A stretch of DNA of 64,000 bases from Desulfurococcales archaeon (GCA_015521325.1 WAOK01000001.1:73782-137781); one strand, 5' to 3'. Counted from the first letter of the stretch, positions 18,611-28,220 are shown. Made by a program: numbers and translations. The notes: generated from the letters alone by a model not told the origin.

Positions 18611-18669
18611 CGGCTCAGAGTTCTGGCCCCCAATCACCCTGTCATCGCTTTTAACCCTCATCACAGCCG
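18611..18669 (-). ncRNA. candidate C/D box sRNA (2'-O-methylation guide)
   Basis: The minus strand reads CGGC-U-GUGAUGA(C)-GGGUUAAAAGCG(12)-AUGA(D')-CAGG-GUGAUUG(C')-GGGGCCAGAACU(12)-CUGA(D)-GCCG. Box order and the 12-nt spacers are canonical, and the terminal stem is 4 bp. It lies in the intergenic gap 18543-18736. Confidence 0.55.
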
Positions 18670-18736
18670 CTCATTCCCCCTAAGGGCCCCAGGCTTTAAA
18701 CGATTAATGCGTTCTGTTACCGTGAACGGTGTCTAG

Positions 18737-18976
18737 ATGGGTGTGGAGGCGATCCAGTCGATACTGAGCTGGTTCAGCGGCGTGAGCCCGAGCGGGACGG
18801 CTCAGTGGCTTGCTGTGACAGGATTCATGCTGATTCTGGCCATAGGCATTGGATACGCTGCTTATGGGGCCGTGAGGCTCTCGAAGAAGATACTTAATAT
18901 GTCGGTTAAGGAGTTCTCGCTGTTCCTGTTAGCGCTCGGGGTCATTATGATAGGGCTGGCGGCTGTGTTACCTTAA
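18737..18976 (+). CDS. hypothetical small membrane protein
   Basis: Track ORF of 79 aa with two predicted TM helices. A TATA-like GGCTTTAAACG lies ~35 nt upstream. Confidence 0.35.
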   Translation: MGVEAIQSILSWFSGVSPSGTAQWLAVTGFMLILAIGIGYAAYGAVRLSKKILNMSVKEFSLFLLALGVIMIGLAAVLP

Positions 18977-20265
18977 AAGAAGGCTTTTTTACCTAAGTAA
19001 ACAGCTTCACCACCAAGGTATGCTTCGATGCGTAGGAGTTCATTGTACTTTGCAGTTCTCTCCCCTCTCGCAGGGGCGCCCGTCTTTATCAGCCCTGTTC
19101 CGTACCCGACCGCAAGGTGAGCGATCGTCACGTCCTCTGTCTCGCCGCTCCTGTGGCTGATTATTGCTCTTTTATTGTTGAGATGGAGCACCTCAATTGC
19201 TTCCTCGGCCTCTGTAATAGTGCCTGCCTGGTTGACCTTGATTATTGCCCCGTCTACTGCTCCCTCACTAATCATTTCTGATATTATGCTTGCTCTCGTA
19301 ACCGTTAGGTCATCACCTATGATGAGTACCTTGCCGGCCACCTTCCTCCTTAGCTCGGCGAAGTGGGCAGGGTCGTCTTCGCTAAATGGATCTTCTATAC
19401 TGATTATGGGATACTCATCCACGAGCCCGGAGTAGTATTCAACGAGGTCGCCCGGGCTCAGAACTCTTCCATCGATCTTGTAGACACCGTCCCCACTTTC
19501 AAAGAACTGGGAGGCAGCTGCGTCGAGCGCTATCATGACATCGCCCTCACCGTATCCCGCACTCTTGATCGCTTCCACAAGAGCGTTTAGGGCCTCCCGC
19601 GTTTCCTTCATCGGGGGTGCGAAGCCTCCCTCATCGCCCACGTTTATTGCGCCTGCGCCGTACTTGGTCTTAAGCTCGTTCTTCAGCTGCTTATACACCT
19701 CAACAGCGATCCTTATCGCGTCGAAGAACGTGTCTGCCCCTACTGGCACTATCATGAACTCCTGAATCGCTAGCTCGTTCCCAGCGTGCGCGCCGCCGTT
19801 AATTATGTTCATCATTGGTGTCGGTAAGATCCGGGCCCTCCTCCCCCCTATGAACTCGAAGAGGGGTGTGCCAGCTGTATTTGCTGCAGCATTAATTACG
19901 GCTATTGACGTCGCTGTCGTAGCGTTCCCTCCTAGCCTGGACTTGTTGGGTGTTCCGTCGAGCTGTATGATTGCCCTGTCAACCTCGCGGAAGTAGAACG
20001 AGTTCATCCCAATGATCGCGGGCGCTATGTACTTCCTCACGGACTCTATGGCCTTCTGTACCCCCATGCCACCGAACGCTTTCCCACCGTCCCTCAGGTC
20101 AACAGCCTCTCGCTTCCCTCTTGACGCCCCTGCCGGGGCTATGCCAACACCCATTCCATCGTTTGTTTCGACCTCGACCTCGATAGTTGGGTTGCCTCGG
20201 GAGTCGAGAACCATTATCGCATTTACCGAGACTATCTCGAAGGGGTTGCTCAATTCGTACACCAC
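18973..20265 (-). CDS. eno: enolase
   Basis: Track ORF of 430 aa. Matching enolase blocks are ILDSRGNPTIEVEV, SHRSGETEDVTIAHLAVG, IKTGAPARGERTAKYNELLRIE and the ...DDLTVT... region. Confidence 0.97.
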   Translation of the reverse strand: MVYELSNPFEIVSVNAIMVLDSRGNPTIEVEVETNDGMGVGIAPAGASRGKREAVDLRDGGKAFGGMGVQKAIESVRKYIAPAIIGMNSFYFREVDRAIIQLDGTPNKSRLGGNATTATSIAVINAAANTAGTPLFEFIGGRRARILPTPMMNIINGGAHAGNELAIQEFMIVPVGADTFFDAIRIAVEVYKQLKNELKTKYGAGAINVGDEGGFAPPMKETREALNALVEAIKSAGYGEGDVMIALDAAASQFFESGDGVYKIDGRVLSPGDLVEYYSGLVDEYPIISIEDPFSEDDPAHFAELRRKVAGKVLIIGDDLTVTRASIISEMISEGAVDGAIIKVNQAGTITEAEEAIEVLHLNNKRAIISHRSGETEDVTIAHLAVGYGTGLIKTGAPARGERTAKYNELLRIEAYLGGEAVYLGKKAFF

Positions 20266-20319
20266 CCATGGGTACCCTGTAAGGCCTTTATCTTATTCGG
20301 GCTACTGAAAGGACAGACC

Positions 20320-20329
20320 CTTTTTAAGG
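20320..20329 (+). promoter_or_regulatory. TATA-box-like element for cdvA
   Basis: CTTTTTAAGG lies ~45 nt upstream of ATG 20369. Confidence 0.4.
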
Positions 20330-20368
20330 ATTTCTAGGGCGCCCTCAAAGAGTGGGTGTGCAAAGAAA

Positions 20369-21091
20369 ATGTCCTCCCTAACCGTTGACACTATAGAGAA
20401 GTTCGTCGGGCGTGAGGTTAAGGATCCTTACGGTCGTGTAGTTGGTAAGATGATATCGGTCCACACGGACGAGGAAGGCTTCGGAGTCGTGAAGTACGTG
20501 GAGATAGCGACCAACGACTTTGAGATCGCTAAGGTCGAGGCCAAGAGGCTCAAGGTCACCCCCGATGCCCTGCTCGTTATACCGGAGTGGAAGGTGGCAG
20601 CGATAGAGGTTGAGAGCAGGCTGGAGAGGGTTAGGAAGAGGCTTAACGCCGTCGACAACCTCTTCAGGCAGGGGAAGATACCTGCCAACATCTATGAGGA
20701 GATGAAGAAGTCCCTTAGCAACGCCTTCGAGAAGATCAAGGCGGAGGTCAAGAACGTGAAGGAAATGCTGAGGAAGAGGTACAGGGAGCTCGAGGTAAGG
20801 AACATGAGGCTCGACAGGGATATGGCCAACCTCCAGATGATGTTCATGAGCGGGGAGATCGATGAGGAGCCCTTCAAAAAGGCGTTCGAGTACATGGAGT
20901 CCCTAAAGAACTGGAACAAGGAGGAAATGGAGGACATAAACTCCCACAGGGCACAGATCGACAGACTAGAGCGCGAGGCAAGCGCTGTGAAGCCCGCAGC
21001 CCGCTCAGTCAGCGTCGCTAAGGAGGCTCCCAAGCCTGAGCAGCCCCTGAAGGTCCAGATAATCGACCCAGCAGCGCTAGAGACGGCCTAA
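20369..21091 (+). CDS. cdvA: CdvA cell-division protein (PRC-barrel + coiled coil)
   Basis: Track ORF of 240 aa. The N-terminal PRC-barrel-like segment is FVGREVKDPYGRVVGKMISV, followed by a long heptad-rich helical region. It sits directly upstream of ESCRT-III and Vps4 genes. Confidence 0.85.
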   Translation: MSSLTVDTIEKFVGREVKDPYGRVVGKMISVHTDEEGFGVVKYVEIATNDFEIAKVEAKRLKVTPDALLVIPEWKVAAIEVESRLERVRKRLNAVDNLFRQGKIPANIYEEMKKSLSNAFEKIKAEVKNVKEMLRKRYRELEVRNMRLDRDMANLQMMFMSGEIDEEPFKKAFEYMESLKNWNKEEMEDINSHRAQIDRLEREASAVKPAARSVSVAKEAPKPEQPLKVQIIDPAALETA

Positions 21092-21249
21092 GGGAGTGAT
21101 CGGCCGGGCGGAGGGGGTGATGTGGCCTGACACCTGGTATTTTAAGCGGAGGGATTAGCGGTTTCTTCAACTGGATACTGAGGGGGCTGACCCCTAGCGA
21201 GGAGGCCAAGATAAGGGCGAGCATCCACGAGATAATCGTTAAGCTGAGG

Positions 21250-21987
21250 ATGTATCAGGAGGAGGTAGCGATAGCTATCCAGAGGATGAAGAAGAGGTAC
21301 AACATGCTGACACATAAGGCAGTAGATGCCTACATGCATAACCACAAGGAGAGGGCACTCATCTACGCAGACGAGCTCTACACTGTTAGGAAGCTCGCAG
21401 CCCACCTAAACGTGATTCATGTGGGCATAGAGAGGATAATCGAGAGGCTCGAGACAATAAGCGATGTATCCGACGTGGCGAACGTGATGGTCAACATATC
21501 GGGCCTGCTCTCCGGACTTAAGCCGTACGCTGAGGAAGTGATGCCGAGGCTGGCCCGCGCTATGGATTCGATAATAGAGCAGGTGAACAGCATCACCGCG
21601 TCGACATCCCCTGTTCACGAGGTCCCGGAGAACCCGTACATAGTTACTAGGGAGTCTGAGGAGGAGCTGAAGAGGATCAAGGAGCTGGTGAATGAGAAGA
21701 TAGAGCAGACGATGCCGCTCACGGTCTTCGAGGTCGTTAAGAGGATGGGCGAGGGAAACGAGAAAGTCGGTGTCGTGGTGAGGGACAGTAACTCCGTCAA
21801 GGTTCCGGTGAAGGTGCCTAAGAAGCTAATGAGCCCCGAGGAAGTGGACAGGAAGGTGCTGGAGTACATAGTGGCTCATGGTGGCTTCATAGACGTTGCT
21901 GACGCTGCGAGTGAGATAGGGGTGCCGAGGGAGGAAATAAGGGCATCGCTTCACAGGCTCAAGAGCCAGGGTAAGCTTATCTTTTAG
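21250..21987 (+). CDS. cdvB: CdvB, ESCRT-III (Snf7-family) protein with C-terminal winged-helix domain; true 5' end uncertain (see findings)
   Basis: Track ORF of 245 aa. It has an ESCRT-III helical hairpin core and a C-terminal wH-like segment RKVLEYIVAHGGFIDVADAASEIGVPREEIRASLHRLKSQGKLIF. The frame stays open for 43 codons upstream without any ATG/GTG/TTG. Confidence 0.8.
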   Translation: MYQEEVAIAIQRMKKRYNMLTHKAVDAYMHNHKERALIYADELYTVRKLAAHLNVIHVGIERIIERLETISDVSDVANVMVNISGLLSGLKPYAEEVMPRLARAMDSIIEQVNSITASTSPVHEVPENPYIVTRESEEELKRIKELVNEKIEQTMPLTVFEVVKRMGEGNEKVGVVVRDSNSVKVPVKVPKKLMSPEEVDRKVLEYIVAHGGFIDVADAASEIGVPREEIRASLHRLKSQGKLIF

Positions 21988-22023
21988 ACAAATTATTCGA
22001 TACCTAACTAGGAGAGGTGTTAT

Positions 22024-23172
22024 GTGATGGCGGTCTCGTCAGCCGAGTACCTAGAAAATATCGCGCGCGGTTACGTCGTTCAGGCTCTCAAACTCGAGAG
22101 GCAGGGGGAGTATGGGAAGGCGGCGAAGTATTACAGGAAAGCTTCCAGTGTTCTTAGGAAGCTTGTGCAGCTCTATCCCGACATGGGCCTTGTTCACGTC
22201 TATAAGGAATGGATAGTCAGCTACGAAAGGAGGGCTAAGGAACTCGAGGCTATGGACAGAGAAGGGCTGAGGATAGGGGGTGGAGATAACTCACAGCAAG
22301 TTGCTTCAGAGGTAGAGAACATGATAGTTAAGGAGAAGAGCGGCGTTACCTTCGATGACATAGCGGATCTCGAGGAAGCCAAGGAGGCGATTAAGGAAGC
22401 AATAATATACCCCACCAGGAGGCCGGACCTGTTTCCGCTAGGGTGGCCAAAGGGCATCCTACTCTTTGGTCCCCCTGGCTGTGGCAAGACCCTGCTAGCA
22501 GCTGCGGTAGCGAACGAGATAGACGGTTACTTCATAGAGGTCGACTCAGCGTCCATAATGTCTAAGTGGTTAGGAGAGGCCGAGAAGAAGGTATCGGCTA
22601 TATTCAGAAAGGCTAGGGAGTTGGCTGCCACGGGTAAACCAGTCATCATATTCATGGATGAGGTTGACTCACTGCTCGGCCACTTCAGTAATGAGGTCGG
22701 CGGGGAGGTCAGGGTGAGGAATCAGTTCCTTAAAGAGATGGATGGGCTGAACAGTAAGGGCAATAACAGGGAATTCGTTTACGTCATAGCCGCGACCAAC
22801 AAGCCATGGAGACTGGACATAGGCTTCATCAGGAGGTTCCAAAAGAGGATCTACGTGCCGCTACCCAATAAGGAGGCGCGCATCAAGCTCTTCAAGCTCT
22901 TCACAAGAAAGATCAGGCTAGCGCCTGACGTAGACTTCGAGGAGTTGGCGAGGAGGACAGAAGGCTATACGGGACACGACATACAGCAGATCGTGATAAG
23001 GGCACACCTAAGGACCGTGAAGGAACTATTCCAGAGGACCGGCGGGAAGGGTGATGCAAGGCCTGTGACAATGCAAGACTTCCTCGAGGCTATAGAGGTG
23101 ATCCGTCCGAGCGTCGCGCCGGGTGTGCTAAGCGCCTACGAATCCTGGTATGAGAAGTATAAGGCTGTCTAA
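22024..23172 (+). CDS. cdvC: CdvC / Vps4 AAA+ ATPase with N-terminal MIT domain
   Basis: Track ORF of 382 aa. The MIT-like region is YVVQALKLERQGEYGKAAKYYRKA. Walker A is GPPGCGKTLLA and Walker B is IIFMDEVDS. The alternative start is ATG 22027. Confidence 0.93.
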   Translation: MMAVSSAEYLENIARGYVVQALKLERQGEYGKAAKYYRKASSVLRKLVQLYPDMGLVHVYKEWIVSYERRAKELEAMDREGLRIGGGDNSQQVASEVENMIVKEKSGVTFDDIADLEEAKEAIKEAIIYPTRRPDLFPLGWPKGILLFGPPGCGKTLLAAAVANEIDGYFIEVDSASIMSKWLGEAEKKVSAIFRKARELAATGKPVIIFMDEVDSLLGHFSNEVGGEVRVRNQFLKEMDGLNSKGNNREFVYVIAATNKPWRLDIGFIRRFQKRIYVPLPNKEARIKLFKLFTRKIRLAPDVDFEELARRTEGYTGHDIQQIVIRAHLRTVKELFQRTGGKGDARPVTMQDFLEAIEVIRPSVAPGVLSAYESWYEKYKAV

Positions 23173-23183
23173 GCTGGATTTGA

Positions 23184-23195
23184 TATTTATAAATA
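23184..23195 (+). promoter_or_regulatory. perfectly palindromic TATA element upstream of nrdJ
   Basis: TATTTATAAATA lies 12 nt after the cdvC stop and ~120 nt upstream of the nrdJ start. Confidence 0.4.
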
Positions 23196-23312
23196 GTATA
23201 CACGCTTACACCCCCTCCCCCGGCCTTACCCCGGTATTACCTCTCTCTTCCAGAAGGTTCGAACTAAACGACTTCCGAGATTCATACATCTCTAAGATTT
23301 TTATGATAGGGT

Positions 23313-25967
23313 GTGGCGTTGCCAGACATAGCTAAGATCATCGTCGTCAAGAGAGACGGTAGAGAGGAGAAGTTCTCGCTTGAGAAGCTCAGGAGGAGTG
23401 TGCTGAAGGGGCTGAACTATGCCGGGATACCGGAGATGCTTGACGAGATCGTTGACGACGTTCTCTTCGAGCTCTCGGAGAAGAAGGATAGGAGGGTGTG
23501 GAGCGCCGAGATAGCTGACAGGGTTGAGAAGGCGCTGATCTCGAGGGTAGTTAAGGACTCTAGAACCGAGCTAGCGGCGAAGGCACTCCTTCTCGCCCGT
23601 ATCTACAACCAGGTGTTTGGGAAGGGTAAGTGGGATAGGTTCGACCCCGTAGACGAGGGCCTCTCCTACTCAGCCCTCAGGGTACTGATTTCGAGGTACC
23701 TCCTCAAAGACGTCAAGACCTTCACGCTCCTCGAGACCCCCTCAATGATGTTTAGGAGGGTCGCTAAGCACATAGCCAAAGCAGACAGGATCCACTGTCT
23801 CGAGGCAGGCAACCCGGAAGATGTGTGTGATAGGCTGGCTACAGAAATGGAGGAGAAATACTACCGTCTTATGGCCGAGAGGAGGTTCCTCCCGAACTCG
23901 CCCACACTCATGAATGCTGGGACGAAGCTCGGGATACTCTCAGCGTGCTTCGTGGTGCCGGTCAGGGATGCGATGACCACGCCGGAGGGGGAGGGCATAT
24001 ATGATGCTGTGAGGGCACAGGCAATAATATTTCAGCAAGGTGGCGGCACAGGGTTCTCATTCTCCGAGATAAGGCCTCAGTGGGACGTCGTCGCATCAAC
24101 CGCTGGGGCAGCTTCAGGCCCTCTATCATTCATGAGGATATTCGACCTCAACACGGACGTGATTAAGCAGGGAGGGAGAAGGAGAGGCGCCAACATGGGC
24201 ATACTTCATGTGTGGCACCCTGACATCATGGCCTTCATAAGGTCTAAGCGCGGCCAGAGTAAGACGTTCCAGAACTTCAACATATCGGTCGGGATGTACG
24301 ACTGGTTCTTCGACGCCCTCGCAGAAGGAAAGCCCGTACCCCTCATTAACCCGCGTCTAACAAGTATCGACGGCTCCCACGACTCAAGAAAATACGCCGT
24401 TGTGTGGGCTAGGCACAGGATAAGCGAGGAGTGGGTACAGGAAATTATCTTGAAAGAGTTGGAGGAGAGAGGTGGGTCAATAGCGCTGGACGAGACAGCG
24501 ATCATAACATGGGACGAGGCGCTGGCAATAGCAGAAGCCAACGGAGCAATAAAAGAGTGGAAGGATCCAGCAGAAATATTCGAGGAGATCGTTAAGGGAG
24601 CGTGGGAATCAGGAGATCCAGGACTGATATTCATCGACGAAATAAACAGGAGACACCCCACATGGTACCTAGGAAAAATAAACGCCACTAACCCTTGCGG
24701 TGAAGAGCCTTTACTTGAATGGGAGTCATGCAATCTAGGGAGTATCAACTTAGAGAGGTATGTTGTTGAGAGGGATGGGAGACAGACGATTGATTGGGAA
24801 GGTCTCGCGAGGGATGTCGAGATAGCGATAAGGTTCCTTGATAACGTGATAACTGTGGCTAAGTACCCGCTGCCTCAGCTTGAGGAGGCAGCGAGGAGGG
24901 CTAGGAAAGTGGGGCTTGGTGTTATGGGGTGGGCGCATATGCTGATAAAGCTCGGAATACGTTACGACTCCGTAGACGCTGTTGTGTTAGCCAGCAAATT
25001 GGCCGAGTGGATAGCCTATAACGCGTACAAAGCGTCCATAAAGCTTGCTAAAGAAAGGGGCCCGTTCCCTGCCTGGAATCCCAAGCTCTACAGACCGTTC
25101 TGGAAGACTGCAAGACCTATTGAGAAACTACTGAAAATAGCTGGCGTTGAGGGAGTGCCCAGCGAGTTCGTTAAGGAGCTGATCAGTGAGCGCCCCGATG
25201 TTGATTGGGGTGCGCTTGAGGAGGAGATGATGAGGCACGGTATAAGGAACGCAACAACCCTCTCAATAGCGCCGACAGGGACCATAAGCATAATCGCGGG
25301 GACGTCCTCGAGCATAGAGCCGGTGTTCGCCCTAGCATTCATAAGGAGAGTGACCGTTGGCGAGTTCATAGAAATAAACAAGCTATTCCTCGAGGACCTG
25401 AGGAAGTTCGGCCTCGATGAGCCAGAGGTCGTGGAGGCGGTTGCCGAGACAGGGAGCATAGCACATAACGTGTTCATGCCTAGGCCCTTGAGACATAAAT
25501 ACAGAACAGCCCATGACATAGACCCTGTGTGGCACGTGTTGCATCAGGCGAGCTGGCAAACATACATAGACGCAGCAGTATCTAAGACCGTTAACCTAAG
25601 GCATGAGGCAACTATAGATGATGTAAGGCAGGTGTACCTGCTGGCGTGGGCCCTAGGCTGCAAGGGCATAACGGTGTACAGAGACAGGAGTAAGGAGACG
25701 CAGGTCATAACTTTTGGTGTGAAGGAGCTAAAGAGAAAGGAGAAACAGGAACTAAAGAAACTCTTGAAAGCCAAGCCTCAATCCGTTCAGCAGACAGGAA
25801 AACCTCCGATAAGCACTGATAATCCATCGTCGAGCGGAGGGACTCACCTCATCAAGCAAGTACCGCTATCAGAGCCTCCCACAAAGAGTAGCCGAATAAG
25901 GAGGCTGAATGTGAAGGTAGTGCTTGAAGAAGGTGACATAGGGGATTGTGCTACATGCGAATACTAG
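23313..25967 (+). CDS. nrdJ: class II (adenosylcobalamin-dependent) ribonucleotide reductase with N-terminal ATP-cone
   Basis: Track ORF of 884 aa. The ATP-cone is [20 protein letters not shown]. Also present are [10 protein letters not shown], the NPCGEEPL active-site Cys region and the C-terminal CATCEY redox tail. There is no intein-sized insertion. The start could instead be TTG 23319, 6 nt after a GGGTG box. Confidence 0.93.
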   Translation: MALPDIAKIIVVKRDGREEKFSLEKLRRSVLKGLNYAGIPEMLDEIVDDVLFELSEKKDRRVWSAEIADRVEKALISRVVKDSRTELAAKALLLARIYNQVFGKGKWDRFDPVDEGLSYSALRVLISRYLLKDVKTFTLLETPSMMFRRVAKHIAKADRIHCLEAGNPEDVCDRLATEMEEKYYRLMAERRFLPNSPTLMNAGTKLGILSACFVVPVRDAMTTPEGEGIYDAVRAQAIIFQQGGGTGFSFSEIRPQWDVVASTAGAASGPLSFMRIFDLNTDVIKQGGRRRGANMGILHVWHPDIMAFIRSKRGQSKTFQNFNISVGMYDWFFDALAEGKPVPLINPRLTSIDGSHDSRKYAVVWARHRISEEWVQEIILKELEERGGSIALDETAIITWDEALAIAEANGAIKEWKDPAEIFEEIVKGAWESGDPGLIFIDEINRRHPTWYLGKINATNPCGEEPLLEWESCNLGSINLERYVVERDGRQTIDWEGLARDVEIAIRFLDNVITVAKYPLPQLEEAARRARKVGLGVMGWAHMLIKLGIRYDSVDAVVLASKLAEWIAYNAYKASIKLAKERGPFPAWNPKLYRPFWKTARPIEKLLKIAGVEGVPSEFVKELISERPDVDWGALEEEMMRHGIRNATTLSIAPTGTISIIAGTSSSIEPVFALAFIRRVTVGEFIEINKLFLEDLRKFGLDEPEVVEAVAETGSIAHNVFMPRPLRHKYRTAHDIDPVWHVLHQASWQTYIDAAVSKTVNLRHEATIDDVRQVYLLAWALGCKGITVYRDRSKETQVITFGVKELKRKEKQELKKLLKAKPQSVQQTGKPPISTDNPSSSGGTHLIKQVPLSEPPTKSSRIRRLNVKVVLEEGDIGDCATCEY

Positions 25968-26055
25968 CCTGTGTTTAATATAACGCTTATGGATCAATTT
26001 AACTTGAATTCGTTTAAAATAAAAGCAGTTATTCTAAGAGGATCCTAAGTACGCC

Positions 26056-26847
26056 TTACTCACTGTCTATTATCTCCTTCTTGAGCTGGCTCAAGGTTCT
26101 CTTTATCATCTCTTTCCGTAGCGCCTCCTCAGAATGCCTCACAACAGCGTCCAGCAGGGCCTGCTCCGTAGGCAGGCCGATGAACTCAACTTTCCCATTA
26201 ATGGCGATTGCGGGCACGCTGAACACGTTGTACTTATCCGCTATATCGGGGTTCTCGTACGCTTCCACGGTATCTGCTATTATTGCTTTATTGCCACTCA
26301 AGTACGAGACGTAAGCGAACATGTTAGCCATGAGGGCAGCGTACGGGCAGTATGGGCAGGTTGGGGTAACGACTACCTCTATGTGAACCTTACCCTTTAG
26401 AGCAGAGAGCTGCTCTATTGTCTCCTCCTCAAGGCCTGACTCGCCAGTACTCATTCTTAGGATTGTCTCTATGAGCCCGTTTACCTCCTCGCCTGCGGGC
26501 ATCCCGGTATATCTTATGAAGCCCTCGATCATCGCCACTGTCGGCACCCTTGAAACATTGAATTTCCGAAATAGCTCATCATCCTGTCCTCTCCTTGCTA
26601 CTATATGGCGAATTAGGGGTTTTCCGTCTCTTACGGGTGCGGAGTTCGATATTATTTCAATGAGTTTAATGGTGTTGTTACAGTATCTGCACTTGTCACC
26701 CACGAACGTGTATATCTCCACTGGGTCTCTCATTTCGTTCAGTATCTCACTCAGTGTCTGTATATCGTCCTTCGTTAGATGTATCTCAAACATTGAGTCC
26801 ACGGCCGGGCTTATTTCTGTGGTCATTCTATCACCGCCCCTCATCAA
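26056..26847 (-). CDS. protein disulfide oxidoreductase (two thioredoxin folds, glutaredoxin-like PDO)
   Basis: Track ORF of 263 aa with two CxxC sites, CRYC and CPYC (VVVTPTCPYCPYA). The alternative start is ATG 26826. Confidence 0.85.
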   Translation of the reverse strand: MMRGGDRMTTEISPAVDSMFEIHLTKDDIQTLSEILNEMRDPVEIYTFVGDKCRYCNNTIKLIEIISNSAPVRDGKPLIRHIVARRGQDDELFRKFNVSRVPTVAMIEGFIRYTGMPAGEEVNGLIETILRMSTGESGLEEETIEQLSALKGKVHIEVVVTPTCPYCPYAALMANMFAYVSYLSGNKAIIADTVEAYENPDIADKYNVFSVPAIAINGKVEFIGLPTEQALLDAVVRHSEEALRKEMIKRTLSQLKKEIIDSE

Positions 26848-26880
26848 CCGTTAACTGTGTTAAAAATGTTTCATCTGTCT

Positions 26881-27819
26881 TCAGAGCACTTGCTCAACAG
26901 CTACTTTGATAGATTTTCTAACGTTCCTGAGCCAGTCTTCTCGACTTAGGTTAAGGTCTAGATAAGTGGCCTTTACGTTGAAGTACGGAGGCCCAATCCT
27001 TGAAACGAGCGTTATGACCCTTCCATCATGATTAATCTTGTAGCCCTCCGCAGGAACCTCATGGCCCCTTATTACGTACTCGATCTTAAACCTCTTGTTT
27101 ACCCATCTTGTGAGCCTTCTCCCAAACAAGTAGCCTATCCCCCTAGGTGAGGGCGCTCTCACGATCTCTCTTTCTATTGGATCGTTCCAGAGTATCTCCG
27201 CTCTTATTATTCTTTTATCCGTAGGACCCATACCGCCTAGGTATTCCTGAAGCGTTGCTGCCCTATCATACGTAGTTGTCGGCAACCCGCCGTGCAGCAA
27301 GAGAACACTCCTCTCCAGTAGGGCCGTCAAGGGCATGATATAGAAGAGTTTCTCGAACTCTAAGTTGAGCTCGTTACCTCTCCTGAGCCCGTACCTCCTT
27401 ATGAGTTCGTCAGGGAAGTCATGGGGAGCGACCCTAAGATCAGGTGTTGATTCATGGTTTCCGCGAAGAACGGTCACGCTCTCTGGGAACTCCAGCTTTA
27501 GTTTGAGTACGGACGCCAGTACCTCCACCTGATTCGGTCCTCTATCAACATAGTCGCCAAGAAACACTAGGTGGGTATCCTCCTTCCTAAGTTCCTCGAC
27601 AGAGACCTTCTCAAGAATGCGGAGTTCTGTGCCTAAATCGCCGTGAATATCCCCGAGCACAATGACACGGTTTCTGTTCGCTATTTCTATGAAAGGGTCA
27701 CGTCTCTTACGCCACTCCTCCCTGAAAAGATCTATCGCTTCATTCACAAGGTGTCTGAGAGCGTCGGGATCGTTGCATATATCAATATAGCGTTTGACTA
27801 GCTCGCTTACCTGGTACAC
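26881..27819 (-). CDS. PPP-family serine/threonine protein phosphatase (metallophosphoesterase)
   Basis: Track ORF of 312 aa carrying the GDIHGD, GDYVDRG and GNHE signature triad. Confidence 0.85.
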   Translation of the reverse strand: MYQVSELVKRYIDICNDPDALRHLVNEAIDLFREEWRKRRDPFIEIANRNRVIVLGDIHGDLGTELRILEKVSVEELRKEDTHLVFLGDYVDRGPNQVEVLASVLKLKLEFPESVTVLRGNHESTPDLRVAPHDFPDELIRRYGLRRGNELNLEFEKLFYIMPLTALLERSVLLLHGGLPTTTYDRAATLQEYLGGMGPTDKRIIRAEILWNDPIEREIVRAPSPRGIGYLFGRRLTRWVNKRFKIEYVIRGHEVPAEGYKINHDGRVITLVSRIGPPYFNVKATYLDLNLSREDWLRNVRKSIKVAVEQVL

Positions 27820-27825
27820 GGTTAG

Positions 27826-28176
27826 TTAACCTCCCTTATCTTTTGTATTCTCAATAACCCACTCAATATAGGGTTTATGGCCCCCAACCACATCAACGAA
27901 TATTAGCTCAGGAATTTCGTAAGGATGCTCTTTCTCGAATACCTGCCTTACTCTATTGATTAGGTCTTTCCTTGTCTTAATTATCATTAGCGATTCTCTG
28001 TCCTCAACTATCTCGTTCTTCCATATATAGATGGAGCGAATTCCTGGAATCACGTTAACGCATGCAGCTAGGCCTTCCTCAACGAGTTTCTTTGCCAGAG
28101 CCCTAGCGACGTCCTCGTTAGGCGCCGTCGAGAACCCGACAACTACTGAGGCTTCATCCTCACTCATCCCCCTCAC
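27826..28176 (-). CDS. cutA: CutA1 divalent-cation tolerance protein
   Basis: Track ORF of 116 aa. ARALAKKLVEEGLAACVNVIPGIRSIYIWKNEIVEDRESLMIIKT is typical CutA. Confidence 0.9.
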   Translation of the reverse strand: MRGMSEDEASVVVGFSTAPNEDVARALAKKLVEEGLAACVNVIPGIRSIYIWKNEIVEDRESLMIIKTRKDLINRVRQVFEKEHPYEIPELIFVDVVGGHKPYIEWVIENTKDKGG

Positions 28177-28220
28177 CTAGAATACATTAGGCCGAGGCTC
28201 TCATAACAATTAGGGTTTGG

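Noticed and set aside
23256-23264. GGTTCGAAC, a T-loop-like sequence in the nrdJ leader, considered as a tRNA fragment.
   Set aside because: There is no flanking T-stem complementarity and no other cloverleaf elements.
23313-25967. Inteins in nrdJ. I also checked topA, rtcB, alaS, secY and the thermosome.
   Set aside because: The conserved blocks are contiguous and the lengths are normal for intein-free versions. No Cys/Ser...HN splice-junction inserts are seen.
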